Source: Cytophagales bacterium (lineage in GTDB: Bacteria; Bacteroidota; Bacteroidia; Cytophagales; Spirosomataceae). From it: a DNA stretch of 60,253 nt. Under the pieces are notes generated by a model. The model was not told the DNA's origin. It did no database searches and saw only the letters and a program-made list of their open reading frames with translations. Shown here in pieces: positions 9,771 through 19,989 of the stretch. Location of the stretch: contig JBBSSJ010000001.1 in the NCBI GenBank assembly GCA_038242095.1, forward strand, positions 1 to 60,253, read 5' to 3'. The position numbers and the translations under genes were made by a program. Positions within the stretch are counted from its first letter, which is position 1. Each line of letters opens with the position of its first letter.

Positions 9771-11465
9771 TTACCAGTTGGTCTTTACTTTATTGATTAA
9801 CACTTTCCTGGCTAACAGCGAATCCGGCTGCATCATGATCCCGACGCGGTCGCCTTGTTGGGCCACAATGCCGAAAGCATAACGACCCGGCTCGACCTCC
9901 CAAAAAGGAATATCGCTGTGAAATCCGGGAGCAAAATAGGCCTGATCCAGAAAAAGCTCGCGGCGGTTAGCATTCCGCTGCCGATAAGCCGGGAACAGGT
10001 AGTACCGCTTGGCCGAGCTCAACACGAAGTACACGCCGCTATCCTGCAACCGCTGACTTTGGTAGGTCGGGTTACTGACCCTGAATCCTTCGGGGGTTGT
10101 AGTTACGCTGGTATTTTTGGCCAGGCCTTCCAATCCGGCTGTCTGTCCCGAAAACGATTGGCGGGAAGCCACCTGAATCAGCGGCAGCCATTCCTGATAA
10201 AAAACAGTAGGTTGCTCCGCCAGCGTACCGGCCAAAGTGGTATCCTGATAAAGGGCCAGCGTACGGTCGGGGTAGTTGGCGTTAAAGTACTGCGTCGTCT
10301 GAAATTTACGCAGGTTGAAGGCATCGACCAGATGATAATGGTAGCTGAAAACCGAATAGAGCGCGCAGAAAAACACGATTCCCGACACGTAGGGCGACAA
10401 AAAGCTCCCGCGAATCGGAATGACGACGTAGAGATAAGCCACCAGCAGAAGTAGAAACGAATAAATTTTGTAGCGGCTAGTCAGCAGGCCTTCTAATCCA
10501 AAACCAACGCGAGTGTATACCACAACCAGGCTGGTACCCAATACCAACATCAGGACCCCCAGACAAAAAAGGTCGGTAATTTTAGCGAAGTCGTAATCGT
10601 AACGGTTTCTAACGATGCGAAAGAGGGTCGTGGAGGCAATCGAAATTGCGACGAGTAACAGTACCCCGCCCAGAATTAGGCAAACACTCTGGTGGTTTTT
10701 GACCGGGAAACTTTCGGCAAAAGATCCCAGAAAATACAGGAAACCTTCCAGGAAAATCCCCACACTAAAGTGCGCGTCGGGGTTAGAGGGCGAAGGCTGA
10801 TAACTGTAAAAATAAACAAACAGATAAAGTCCGCTCACCGCAAGCCATACGATCAGCCGCCGCCAGCGTGGGGCCAAAAATAACAACACGGCCCCAATGG
10901 GCAGAACCAGCAAACCGTTGCCGCTGGTCAGGCAGGCCATCCCGGCTAACGGGAGTGACAGAATGAACAATTCCCGCCGCCGCGATACCACGCAGTACAA
11001 GGTCCAGAGGATCAGGGCTACGACGCCAAAATTCTGAACCGAAGCCATACCCCAGTACATATTTTCGTAGTGCGATAGTGTGAGCCAGATAAAAGGCACC
11101 GGGATGAGGGCGTAAAGCGGTTTTTGGTTATTTTTTAATAAAACCCACCACAAAGCCACGACGCTCAGTAGGGTGAGGTTGCCGTAAAACATCAGGCGCT
11201 TGAAATTCAACTCACCGAACACCTTGTAATCCAATAAGGCCACGAAGCGCGTTACTGATATTCGGTGCTCGTTGTGCTGCCGGAACAGCGTTATGATTTT
11301 TTCGGAAAAAGTATTCGCCTTAAGGTACTCGACCAAAAAAGCCTTCAGGGCGTGGTCGTCCCACTTGGGAACGTTGATGGAATAGTAGTCCCAAACCCAG
11401 AAGAAAATTCCGACGGGGATAAGTAAAGTGAGGCTCACAAGGATTTGGGAAGCCCGTTGGTTCAT
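9771..11465 (-). CDS. Polytopic membrane protein, putative GT-C-fold (lipid-linked-sugar) glycosyltransferase
   Basis: About 11 TM segments, 'NVPKWDD' acidic motif after TM1, 'QHNEHR', 'SRY' motif, soluble C-terminal domain; operon context. Confidence 0.6.
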   Translation of the reverse strand: MNQRASQILVSLTLLIPVGIFFWVWDYYSINVPKWDDHALKAFLVEYLKANTFSEKIITLFRQHNEHRISVTRFVALLDYKVFGELNFKRLMFYGNLTLLSVVALWWVLLKNNQKPLYALIPVPFIWLTLSHYENMYWGMASVQNFGVVALILWTLYCVVSRRRELFILSLPLAGMACLTSGNGLLVLPIGAVLLFLAPRWRRLIVWLAVSGLYLFVYFYSYQPSPSNPDAHFSVGIFLEGFLYFLGSFAESFPVKNHQSVCLILGGVLLLVAISIASTTLFRIVRNRYDYDFAKITDLFCLGVLMLVLGTSLVVVYTRVGFGLEGLLTSRYKIYSFLLLLVAYLYVVIPIRGSFLSPYVSGIVFFCALYSVFSYHYHLVDAFNLRKFQTTQYFNANYPDRTLALYQDTTLAGTLAEQPTVFYQEWLPLIQVASRQSFSGQTAGLEGLAKNTSVTTTPEGFRVSNPTYQSQRLQDSGVYFVLSSAKRYYLFPAYRQRNANRRELFLDQAYFAPGFHSDIPFWEVEPGRYAFGIVAQQGDRVGIMMQPDSLLARKVLINKVKTNW

Positions 11466-12382
11466 GCGTTTTGCAATAGGTCGAGGAGCGCAAGGCGAAT
11501 GCTTTCCGCGTCGAGATGGGAGCGTTGCTGATGGTACTGCTGGCTGCCGTAGCGTTTTTCGGGGTAGCCCTGCGCCCGCAGACTCACGAATGATTCGGGA
11601 TGAATGCCCAGCTCGAGCATTTGCACCGAAAGCTGTTGGGCCAGGCCGCCGATGCTGTTATGCTCCTCGGCGACGATGATCTTAGTCGAGCCGGCGAGTA
11701 TGTCCCGCACCTCCGAGGACATTTCGAGCGGGAAAGTATTGGCGGCCATAACCGTGACCATATTTTCCAGATCCGGATGGCCGGCGATGGCCGTGAGGGC
11801 ATTGTTGGTGATCGGGCCGAGCGTCACGACGGCAATTTCCGATTTTTCCGGCCGATACACGATCTTGAATGAACCTGACTGAAAACTGCCTTCGGGCGTA
11901 GTCTTGCCCGCCCCGAGGCGGAGGTAGGCGGGGCCGCTTTTCTGGACGATCTGATTTATAAAAGGCGCTATTTCGTCCGAAAAAGCGGGCACGTAGGATG
12001 TCGCGTGGGGCAAGCCGCTGAGGCAAGCCAAATCTTCCAGGGTGTGGTGTGTGCTGCCCATGATGCCGTAACCGTAGCCGCCGCCGTTGGCGACCAGGAA
12101 AACAGGTAAATCGTGAAAGCAAACGTCATTGCGAAATTGCTCCAGACAACGATACACCACAAAGGGTGCGATGCTGTAACAGAATACTTTATAGCCTTTG
12201 TAGGCCATGCCGGCCGCGACGCCGACCATATTTTGCTCGGCGACGCCCGCGTTGATGAAGCGGTTGCCCAGCTTGTCGCGCAGATTTTCGAAAGCATTAT
12301 AGCCCAGGTCGCCGGTGATGAAAACAATGGAATCGTCCTCGGTGGCCAGTTGCTCGATCGATTGTGAAAATTCTACTCTCAT
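11462..12382 (-). CDS. Transketolase, C-terminal (pyrimidine-binding + C) subunit
   Basis: GDLGY, INAGVAEQNMVG, GSTHH, YLRLG, EEH…GGL motifs. Confidence 0.92.
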   Translation of the reverse strand: MRVEFSQSIEQLATEDDSIVFITGDLGYNAFENLRDKLGNRFINAGVAEQNMVGVAAGMAYKGYKVFCYSIAPFVVYRCLEQFRNDVCFHDLPVFLVANGGGYGYGIMGSTHHTLEDLACLSGLPHATSYVPAFSDEIAPFINQIVQKSGPAYLRLGAGKTTPEGSFQSGSFKIVYRPEKSEIAVVTLGPITNNALTAIAGHPDLENMVTVMAANTFPLEMSSEVRDILAGSTKIIVAEEHNSIGGLAQQLSVQMLELGIHPESFVSLRAQGYPEKRYGSQQYHQQRSHLDAESIRLALLDLLQNA

Positions 12383-14376
12383 TTGTTCAAATGTTTCACC
12401 AGTGTCCTGATTTCGTCGGCTGATTTGTAGGCTTTGGTCCCGCGCCGAATGCGGGTGCGGATAAATTTAGGTCTTTTCTTAGTCTCCTCGAAGATCTTGG
12501 CAATGTATTCACCCAGAAACGAAATGCCCAATATAGTCAGGCCGCCGAAGAAAACTACCAGTATGATGACGGTCGAAATGCCGTAGGGCGTGCGCGGATC
12601 GAGGTTCATGAGCCGGGCGGTAATCTGCCACATGATGCCCAGAAACGACAGTCCCGTGAGAAAAAATCCCGCATAGCTCATCAGCTCAAGTGGGGCAAAG
12701 CTGAACGAGAAAATGGCTTTCTTGGCCCACCAGATATTCTTGCGCCAGTTGTTGGTCGACACGCCGAACATCCGCTCGGGCCGCACGTAGGGGACGCCCG
12801 TTTGCTTGAATCCCACCCAGGCCCGCAGGCCGCGCAGGAACTGCTCGGTTTCGGGCAGCGCCACCAATTCTTTTACCACCTTGCGGTCGATCATCGAGAA
12901 ATCCCCGGCGTCGCGCGGAATATTGATGTAGCTGAGATTCTGGAATATTTTGTAAAAAAGCTTGTAGAAAAAGTGAATTTGCGGCTTCATCTCGCGCTGC
13001 GTCCGCACGCCGTAAACGACGTCGAAACCTTCGTTCCATTTTTCGTAAAAAGCGGGGATGATCTCTGGCGGGTCCTGCAAATCGCCGTCCATCAGCACTA
13101 CGGCGTCGCCGGAGGCGATTTCCATCCCGCTCAAAAACGCCGACTGCGAACCGAAATTACGGGAGTGGCTGATGCCCACAACGTTAGGGTCGCGGTCGCA
13201 CAGTCCGTCGATGACTTCCTCCTGATTATCGGGCGAATTGTCGTTGACAAAAATAATCTCGTATCTGACTTTCAACGCGTTGAACATCGTCACCAATCGT
13301 TCGTACATGAACGGAATCGCCTGGGCGTCCTTATAACAAGCGATGATCGCCGTGATGATGGGGTTGATGGTTGGATTTTCGAAAGCCGGGATAATTTGGC
13401 CCTCGTAATCGACGCGATCCTGCCAGGCTTTTGTTTTCGCCAGACCGTCGGCCAGCGAAGTCGTAGCGCGCCAGCCGAGGTCTTTGGCGGCGGCGGTCGG
13501 GTCACCGTACCAGTCGGCGAGGTCCCACTTGCGGTTGGTCATGCTGCCCCATTCGGGCTGCACGCTCAGATCGAAAATTTCGCGCGTCACTTCCACCAAA
13601 TCGCCGATGGTCGTCTTCTGACCCGTGGCGATGTTATAGGATTTTCCCCGGTTGGTCTCGTTCACGCCTAGCGCGGCCGAAAGAAACGCATCGAGGCAAT
13701 CCTCGATAAAAACGAAATCGCGGCTAATGTCGGGTGACACAAAAGAAGGAAGGGTTTCGTGCCGCGCCTTTTCGATGAGCCGGGGAATCAGGCGATCGGG
13801 TTCTTCCCAATAGCCGTAGATGGAATATAACCGTAAATTGAGCGTATTCAGTCCTTGTACTTTGGCGTAAAATTCCAACAAATAGGCTGCCGATACCTTG
13901 GAAACGGCGTAGTGGCTGTTGGGCTGTACGCGGTCGGTTTCGGCGGGAGCAGTGCAATTGAAGCCGTACTCCGAGCTGCTCCCGGCGTGGATGTAAACTA
14001 CGTCGGGCGAACAGTTTTGCAGGATATTGACGGTACCCACCACGTTGGTTTCGTAGGTGAGATTGACGCTGCTTTGCTTGCTGTACGCGCCGTAAGCGGC
14101 CAGGTTGAAAATCGTGTTCGGTTTGTATTTTTCAAACACCTCACGAACCGAATTGCCCGATAAAATATCGCAATGTACCACATTTTCGTAGGGCACATCG
14201 AGCGCTTTCAGCCGCCAGGCTTTGGTGGCGTCGTGCGTGAGCGCGTAGCAATCCTGGCGCAGCTTGAATATCTCATGGAAAAGATTGACTCCGATGAAAC
14301 CGCTGGCGCCGAATACCAAAATGGGTCCTTTCAGTTGCAGGATTTTCTCCTGGTAAGGCAGTAATGTATCAGGCAT
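12379..14376 (-). CDS. NAD-dependent epimerase/dehydratase fused to a GtrB/ArnC-like GT2 polyprenyl-phosphate glycosyltransferase
   Basis: N-terminal GASGFIG, GSSSEYG, YAVSK; C-terminal VNDNSPD, SRNFG, MDGDLQDPPE, two TMs and LGEYIAKIFEETKKRP. ATG at 14376 overlaps the upstream stop. Confidence 0.9.
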   Translation of the reverse strand: MPDTLLPYQEKILQLKGPILVFGASGFIGVNLFHEIFKLRQDCYALTHDATKAWRLKALDVPYENVVHCDILSGNSVREVFEKYKPNTIFNLAAYGAYSKQSSVNLTYETNVVGTVNILQNCSPDVVYIHAGSSSEYGFNCTAPAETDRVQPNSHYAVSKVSAAYLLEFYAKVQGLNTLNLRLYSIYGYWEEPDRLIPRLIEKARHETLPSFVSPDISRDFVFIEDCLDAFLSAALGVNETNRGKSYNIATGQKTTIGDLVEVTREIFDLSVQPEWGSMTNRKWDLADWYGDPTAAAKDLGWRATTSLADGLAKTKAWQDRVDYEGQIIPAFENPTINPIITAIIACYKDAQAIPFMYERLVTMFNALKVRYEIIFVNDNSPDNQEEVIDGLCDRDPNVVGISHSRNFGSQSAFLSGMEIASGDAVVLMDGDLQDPPEIIPAFYEKWNEGFDVVYGVRTQREMKPQIHFFYKLFYKIFQNLSYINIPRDAGDFSMIDRKVVKELVALPETEQFLRGLRAWVGFKQTGVPYVRPERMFGVSTNNWRKNIWWAKKAIFSFSFAPLELMSYAGFFLTGLSFLGIMWQITARLMNLDPRTPYGISTVIILVVFFGGLTILGISFLGEYIAKIFEETKKRPKFIRTRIRRGTKAYKSADEIRTLVKHLNK

Positions 14377-15202
14377 GAGTCGGGGCAAGGTGGTAGCGCT
14401 CGCTTACTTCGTTTCGGGCGGCTTCGTATTGTTCGGGGTTCATGGGCAGGTAGTGCCATTCGAGCTTATTTTCCATGTAGCTCACGCCTTTTCCCTTCAC
14501 AGTATGGGCGATGATCGCTTTGGGCTTCCCGTTTTTATGGGTTTTCAGTTCGCGCAGGGTATTCTGGATTTCTTCCACATTGTGCCCGTCGATCTCAATC
14601 GTTTCGAAGCCGATGGCCGTCCACTTGGCGGGATCGGCGGTATCGCCGAGTACTTCGGCAGTGGTGCCGAAGCCTTGCAAACCGTTTTTATCCACCAACA
14701 TAAAGAGGTTGTCGAGCCCGTGCTGGATGGCAAAATGCGCCGCCTCCCAAGTGGTACCCTCGTTGGTTTCACCATCGGACAGCAGGGCGTAGGCGTAGCT
14801 ATCTTCGTCCATCAGCTTGGCCGCGTGCGCGATGCCCGTAGTGATGGGCAACCCGTGACCCAGCGATCCGGTTGCGAACGGAATACCTGCGTAGTGCCCC
14901 GCCGCCGGGTGAGCGGGCAGGCGCGTGCCGTCCTGATAATAAGTCGCCAGATCGGCATCGCTAATCTCGCCCAAGTAATTCAGACAAGCGTAAAGCGAAG
15001 CGGCGGCGTGGCCTTTAGAAAGCAGAAAAGTGTCTTGCGGATTTTTGTTCAATACCAACACACCGATCATCAAATCGACGCAACTCAGCGAGCAACCGAT
15101 GTGCCCAGCGTGGGCCTGGTTGTACAAGCCAAGAATTTTGAGGCGTAGTTCGCCGCTAAGCGGGTGGAGATTGGTCAAAGTGTGCGGAGATTCCTGAATC
15201 AT
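14369..15202 (-). CDS. Transketolase, N-terminal (TPP-binding) subunit
   Basis: GHIGCSLS, LSKGH, TGSLGHGL, SDGETNEG, TVKGKG, WH. ATG 15202 preferred because the ORF-track start lies inside a TAATTTTG promoter element (15230-15237, minus strand). Confidence 0.92.
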   Translation of the reverse strand: MIQESPHTLTNLHPLSGELRLKILGLYNQAHAGHIGCSLSCVDLMIGVLVLNKNPQDTFLLSKGHAAASLYACLNYLGEISDADLATYYQDGTRLPAHPAAGHYAGIPFATGSLGHGLPITTGIAHAAKLMDEDSYAYALLSDGETNEGTTWEAAHFAIQHGLDNLFMLVDKNGLQGFGTTAEVLGDTADPAKWTAIGFETIEIDGHNVEEIQNTLRELKTHKNGKPKAIIAHTVKGKGVSYMENKLEWHYLPMNPEQYEAARNEVSERYHLAPTHA

Positions 15203-15342
15203 TTCATTTGGAAGGTTGGCAATCGAGCGCAAAATTAAGGTTCTTTTGGCTAAAATCGCCCAAAAAGGTACGAATTCTTATTTTGCGGGGGATTTGCGGA
15301 ACGTCGGGCGGACATCTGATACTCACGCAATCTTTGGGTCGA

Positions 15343-16194
15343 TTAAGCCGAAGCACCGGAGGCATTGGGTGTGCTTCCGGGAACGCGGTACTTCTGAAAC
15401 GGAATCTTCAAAAGATTGCTGACGCGCTCATTTTCGTGCGCCTCCATGTGCGTATCGATGCCGTACACAAGGTTTTTCCCTCGCTCCCGTACGAAAGTCC
15501 CGAACATTCGGTCCCAAATCGAAAAAATATTACCGTAGTTAGTATCCGTGTAGGGCTGCGTGTAATGGTGGTGTACGTGGTGCATATTGGGCGTGACGAT
15601 GAACCAGCTCAGCGCTTTATCCACCCGTTCGGGCAGGTCGATGTTGGCGTGGTTAAACTGCGACAGCGCCACCGACAGCGCTTGGTACAAAAACACCAGC
15701 CACATCGGCGCACCCGTAAGCACCACGGCCAATACCGTAAAGATAAACCGAAATACGCTTTCGCCCGGATGGTGGCGGTTGGCGGTGGTGGTGTCGACAT
15801 GGGTATCGGTGTGGTGAACCAAGTGAAAACGCCACATCCACTTCACTTTATGCTCGGTCCAATGGACAAAATAGGCACCCACCAAATCGAGCAACATCAT
15901 ACCGATCAATGCAAAGAGCCAGAGCGGCATTTCCGGCAGCCATTGCAGCACGCCAAACCGCTGCGCCACGGCCCAGTCGCTGGATTTGACCAGCACGAAA
16001 GCCATCGCAAAATTGATGATGATGGTCGTGATGGTGAAGAAGAAATTGAGCCCGGCGTGTCGCCACTTATTATAAGAAAACCGAAACAGCGGTAACGCAC
16101 CCTCGATCAGCCAGAAAAGCGTAATGCCGCCTACCAAGATCGCGCTGCGGTGGGCGGAGGGAATATGAGCAAAGTAGTCGGCCAGGGTTTGCAT
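15343..16194 (-). CDS. Sterol desaturase / fatty acid hydroxylase family protein
   Basis: His boxes HWTEH, HLVHH, HANI, HHVHH; NYGNIFSIWDRMFGT. Confidence 0.92.
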   Translation of the reverse strand: MQTLADYFAHIPSAHRSAILVGGITLFWLIEGALPLFRFSYNKWRHAGLNFFFTITTIIINFAMAFVLVKSSDWAVAQRFGVLQWLPEMPLWLFALIGMMLLDLVGAYFVHWTEHKVKWMWRFHLVHHTDTHVDTTTANRHHPGESVFRFIFTVLAVVLTGAPMWLVFLYQALSVALSQFNHANIDLPERVDKALSWFIVTPNMHHVHHHYTQPYTDTNYGNIFSIWDRMFGTFVRERGKNLVYGIDTHMEAHENERVSNLLKIPFQKYRVPGSTPNASGASA

Positions 16195-16317
16195 GGTAGC
16201 AAGTCTTAAAATTCCGGACTTTGAATATTTTAATAAATAAAAGAATAATTCACTCACTGAACGAGCCTCGCACCTTAAAGTTCTTCTGATAATAAACTAT
16301 TAGCTCCCAACTATGCC

Positions 16318-17088
16318 TCAAATTGTCGTCCCACCGTCGGCGGTGTAAATGCCGCCGGTACAATAGCCGGAGGCGGGGGAGGCCAGGAACAGGGCCAGTC
16401 CGGCGATTTCTTCCACGGTACCCATGCGGGCGATCGGGAGGCGTTTGGTGAAGCGTTCCAGCGTCTTCTCGTCCTGCCAGAGCGCTTGGCTAAACTTGGT
16501 CTTGATCAGGCCCGGACAGATAGCGTTGACTCGAATCCCGTCGACTCCCAGCTCCTTGGCATGTACCTTGGTGAGCATATTGAGGGCGGCTTTGCTGACG
16601 CTGTACATTCCCAGGCCGGGATCGGGTGTAAGGCCCGCGATGCTGCTGATATTGATGATACTGCCGCCACCGCGCATCTTCATGCTGGCGTGGACGAGGC
16701 GGGTTAGTTCGGCGGGGGCCTGCACGTTGATCTGCATAATCTTATCGAAAGCGCCGGCCGGAAATTCCAGCGTCGGACCGTAGTGCGGATTGGCCGCCGC
16801 GTTGTTGACCAGAATATCCACGCCGCCGTAGGTCGCGGTGGTGGTATCGACGAGGTTTTCCAATTGGGCAAAGTCTCCCACATGCGCCGCTACGGCCGTA
16901 ACATCGGCGCCCTGTTGTCTGAGTTCTTCTGCCAACGTATCGAGGTCGGCCTGTTTGCGGCTACTGATGACTACCTTCGCTCCGGCGCCGGTCAGGAAGC
17001 GGGTGATGGCCTCGCCGATGCCCTTGCTGGCTCCGGTGATGATGGCTACCTTGCCGTCCAATCCAAAGTGTGTTTGTAGAAGCGTCAT
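16318..17088 (-). CDS. SDR oxidoreductase (DHRS4-like)
   Basis: TGASKGIG, NNAA, YSVSK, NAICPG. Confidence 0.92.
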   Translation of the reverse strand: MTLLQTHFGLDGKVAIITGASKGIGEAITRFLTGAGAKVVISSRKQADLDTLAEELRQQGADVTAVAAHVGDFAQLENLVDTTTATYGGVDILVNNAAANPHYGPTLEFPAGAFDKIMQINVQAPAELTRLVHASMKMRGGGSIINISSIAGLTPDPGLGMYSVSKAALNMLTKVHAKELGVDGIRVNAICPGLIKTKFSQALWQDEKTLERFTKRLPIARMGTVEEIAGLALFLASPASGYCTGGIYTADGGTTI

Positions 17089-17147
17089 AGGAATAGTGGG
17101 TTAATTGATTAACGCCCAAATTTAGCGAAGATAAAAGGGAATCAACG

Positions 17148-17699
17148 ATGGAACTCCGAACCGAGCGCTTGTGGCTACCGGAAATGAGCTGGGACGATGT
17201 GGCACTAATCCACCAATTGCATTGCGTGGCGGATGTCGCAGCACACAACAGTATCGGAATTCCGAAGCATCACGGCGATACCCTCGCCGTGATGTTGGCG
17301 GCGCTGGAAGATACCCACGAAGTACTTCGCACGCACTACGGCTGGTTGTTGCGTCGCGCTAACGATGGCATTTTTATGGGCGAAGCCGGGATGGACTTGG
17401 CCGACGACTGCCCGGCGCGGGCCGAACTTCATTATAGCCTGCTACCGGAATTCTGGAATCAAGGCTACGGTACCGAGGTGGTCGAATGTATGCTGGCTTT
17501 CGGTTTTCAAACCTGCAACCTCCACCGTATCGAGGCAGGGGTCACCACTAAAAACATGCGTTCAATTCGGGTGCTGGAAAAAGCGGGATTAATTCGAGAA
17601 AGAGTGTTCCGTAAAATCCTGCCCGCAAGCGGCGAGTTAAGGGAGTATTATTGTTACGCTATATTGGCGGAAGAATCGTTGAAAGGGGAGGAGGGATAA
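17148..17699 (+). CDS. GNAT acetyltransferase, RimJ/RimL family
   Basis: LRTERL, FWNQGYGTE, LHRIEA, N..SIRVLEKAG. Confidence 0.88.
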   Translation: MELRTERLWLPEMSWDDVALIHQLHCVADVAAHNSIGIPKHHGDTLAVMLAALEDTHEVLRTHYGWLLRRANDGIFMGEAGMDLADDCPARAELHYSLLPEFWNQGYGTEVVECMLAFGFQTCNLHRIEAGVTTKNMRSIRVLEKAGLIRERVFRKILPASGELREYYCYAILAEESLKGEEG

Positions 17700-17831
17700 A
17701 AGGAGAAAAGTTGAAATGACCGGGCTGGCGTGACAGGAATGGTCAAAAGTGGGGTGGTGCTTGCCGCACAAAGTCTTTTTGAATGAAGAATAGAGTTTGA
17801 TGTCCGACTAATTTTTTTCGTTCTCCCGTTA

Positions 17832-17895
17832 GGATCAAATCAAAAAGACCGGATTACTTTCAGAAGAAAGTAATCCGGTCTTTTTGATTTGATCC
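17832..17895. terminator. Perfect 30-bp inverted repeat, likely bidirectional terminator
   Basis: GGATCAAATCAAAAAGACCGGATTACTTTC-AGAA-GAAAGTAATCCGGTCTTTTTGATTTGATCC between convergent genes. Confidence 0.8.
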
Positions 17896-17900
17896 AGTGA

Positions 17901-18362
17901 TTAGTCTTGTACTTTGGGCTTGCGGCCAGGCTTCTTTGTTTTGGGTGTTGGGGTGTTGAGCTTTAATTCGTAGCCAGTCACGTCACCGTCAAAATTGAAG
18001 GGATTGATATCGAACGTGTATTTGTTGTTTTGAAAATCCAGACCATTCTTTTCCAAAATCACCCCTAAGGTGATGAAATTATTGCGGCCGCTGCTTTTCA
18101 TTTCAAAAGAACCTTCCTGGGCGTGGGGAGCCGGAACGATATAGAGAGATTTGAGCTTACGCTTGTTCTGCTGCATACCTACCATAAAGGTGCCGTTATC
18201 CGCATTGATGCCTACTTCTTCAGCCGACTTTTGGGGGATAATTACTTTACCCGTGGACGTGATATAGCCGGTGGTAGGATCGTTGGTTTCTGATTTGGTT
18301 CTTGCCTTGCGATCGGCTTTATTTTCTTTGGGATTAAAAAAACGGATTTCTTCCAGATTCAT
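17901..18362 (-). CDS. Basic hypothetical protein, possible DNA binder
   Basis: 153-aa ORF; ITSTGKVIIPQKSAEEVGI segment and Lys-rich tail KTKKPGRKPK. Confidence 0.7.
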   Translation of the reverse strand: MNLEEIRFFNPKENKADRKARTKSETNDPTTGYITSTGKVIIPQKSAEEVGINADNGTFMVGMQQNKRKLKSLYIVPAPHAQEGSFEMKSSGRNNFITLGVILEKNGLDFQNNKYTFDINPFNFDGDVTGYELKLNTPTPKTKKPGRKPKVQD

Positions 18363-18702
18363 AATGTAGATATTTTAAGTGTAGATTTTGGCAAATAACG
18401 CCAATAAAAGTCTAAATAAAAATATTTTCTGGCAATAAACATTTCTACGTAAGGGAAAAACAAAGCCACTTTTGGTTAAGAAAAAGGATGAAAGCGTATG
18501 GTACATATTTCTGTTGATAAATTGGGGCACGAAAAAAGCTGAACTTCGGTGGCTGGTTGAGAATCGCCTGATTTGTCGGTTAATGAGACGGGCGTCCGCG
18601 TGAGATTCTATGGGACACACTTCGTAAGGGAACGATATTTTTGGACGAGTGCTTTTAATGATTTGACCAACCACCAAAGGCTGTAAGGCCAATCCTCCAT
18701 CA

Positions 18703-19638
18703 ATGGAATACATCGATTACTATAAGGTTTTAGGCGTAAACAAGGACGCCAACGATAAAGATATTAAAAAAGCCTACCGCAAACTGGCCAGGAAGTACCA
18801 TCCCGATATCAACCCTAATGACAAGGATGCGGAAAAGAAATTCAAGGAGATAAACGAGGCCAACCAAGTATTGACCGACCCGGAGAACCGCAAAAAATAC
18901 GATAAATACGGGAAGGATTGGAAGCATGCCGACCAATTTGAACAGGCCGGACAACAGCAGTATCGGCGGTCTGGCGGCCCCGGTGGTGGACAGTCGGGAT
19001 ACGGCCAACCAGGCGGGGGATTCTCTGGCGGCGGTGATTTTTCCGATTTTTTTGAGTCGATGTTTGGCGGCGGCGGCGCGTCTTCTTTTGGGGGCGGCAG
19101 TCCGTTTGGCGGCGGCCGCAACTACAAGGGGCAGGACTTTAATGCCTCACTTACGTTAAATTTGCGTGATGTTTACGCCACCGAAAAGCGGACGATTACC
19201 GTCAACGGCAAAAATATTCGCCTGACTATCCCGGCGGGTGTTAAAGACGGGCAGGTAATTAAAATCGCGGGGTACGGCGGCGAGGGACCGAACGGCGGAC
19301 CGAAGGGCGATCTGTTCATTACTTTTTCGATCGCCAACAACACCGATTTCAAGCTCGACCAGGATAATTTGTATTCGACCGTTGAGCTGGATCTTTATAA
19401 AGCCATATTAGGCGGTGAGATTATTGTCGATACATTCGACGGAAAGGTTAAACTCAATGTGGCACCGGGTACCCAAAATGGCACCAAAGTAAAATTGAAA
19501 GGAAAGGGCTTTCCGGTGTATAAAAAGGAAGGGTCGTTTGGCGATTTATACGTAACTTATCAAGTGAATATGCCCACTGATCTTAGTGAAAAAGAAAAAG
19601 AATTGTTTAACGAACTGGCCAATCTCAGAACGTCATGA
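18703..19638 (+). CDS. cbpA: DnaJ-class chaperone CbpA (curved DNA-binding protein)
   Basis: J domain with HPD, G/F-rich linker, no zinc finger, DnaJ_C; followed by cbpM. Confidence 0.9.
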   Translation: MEYIDYYKVLGVNKDANDKDIKKAYRKLARKYHPDINPNDKDAEKKFKEINEANQVLTDPENRKKYDKYGKDWKHADQFEQAGQQQYRRSGGPGGGQSGYGQPGGGFSGGGDFSDFFESMFGGGGASSFGGGSPFGGGRNYKGQDFNASLTLNLRDVYATEKRTITVNGKNIRLTIPAGVKDGQVIKIAGYGGEGPNGGPKGDLFITFSIANNTDFKLDQDNLYSTVELDLYKAILGGEIIVDTFDGKVKLNVAPGTQNGTKVKLKGKGFPVYKKEGSFGDLYVTYQVNMPTDLSEKEKELFNELANLRTS

Positions 19639-19928
19639 ATCAGGAAAACCTAATCCCGCTCGCCACCCTTTGTACGCATTTCCAGGTAGAAATGTCTTTT
19701 TTTGATAACCTCAGTGAGGTTGGATTGATCGAGATAGAATCGGTGGAGCAAACCTATTTCATTCGGTCGGAAAGGCTGAGTGAGGTGGAGAAAATAATGC
19801 GTATGCACCGCGATCTTCACCTTAATTTGGAAGGAATCGATGTGGTATTCAATCTCTTGCAAAAAATGGAAAATATGCAAAGCGAGCTCATTTCCACGCG
19901 CAACCGGCTTAGAATCTACGAGCATTAA
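19635..19928 (+). CDS. cbpM: Chaperone modulator CbpM (MerR-like)
   Basis: [20 protein letters not shown] motif; ATGA overlap with cbpA. Confidence 0.88.
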   Translation: MNQENLIPLATLCTHFQVEMSFFDNLSEVGLIEIESVEQTYFIRSERLSEVEKIMRMHRDLHLNLEGIDVVFNLLQKMENMQSELISTRNRLRIYEH

Positions 19929-19975
19929 AAATAAAGAACCGATTTGGTTGTCCTGCCAAATCGGTTCTTTATTTT
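19928..19975. terminator. Bidirectional terminator
   Basis: 20-bp perfect stem AAAATAAAGAACCGATTTGG / CCAAATCGGTTCTTTATTTT between convergent genes. Confidence 0.85.
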
Positions 19976-19989
19976 AACTACGCATCTTT

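Noticed and set aside
18375-18713. 112-aa ORF in the cbpA upstream region
   Set aside because: Overlaps the cbpA start on the opposite strand and covers an AT-rich divergent promoter region; no motifs
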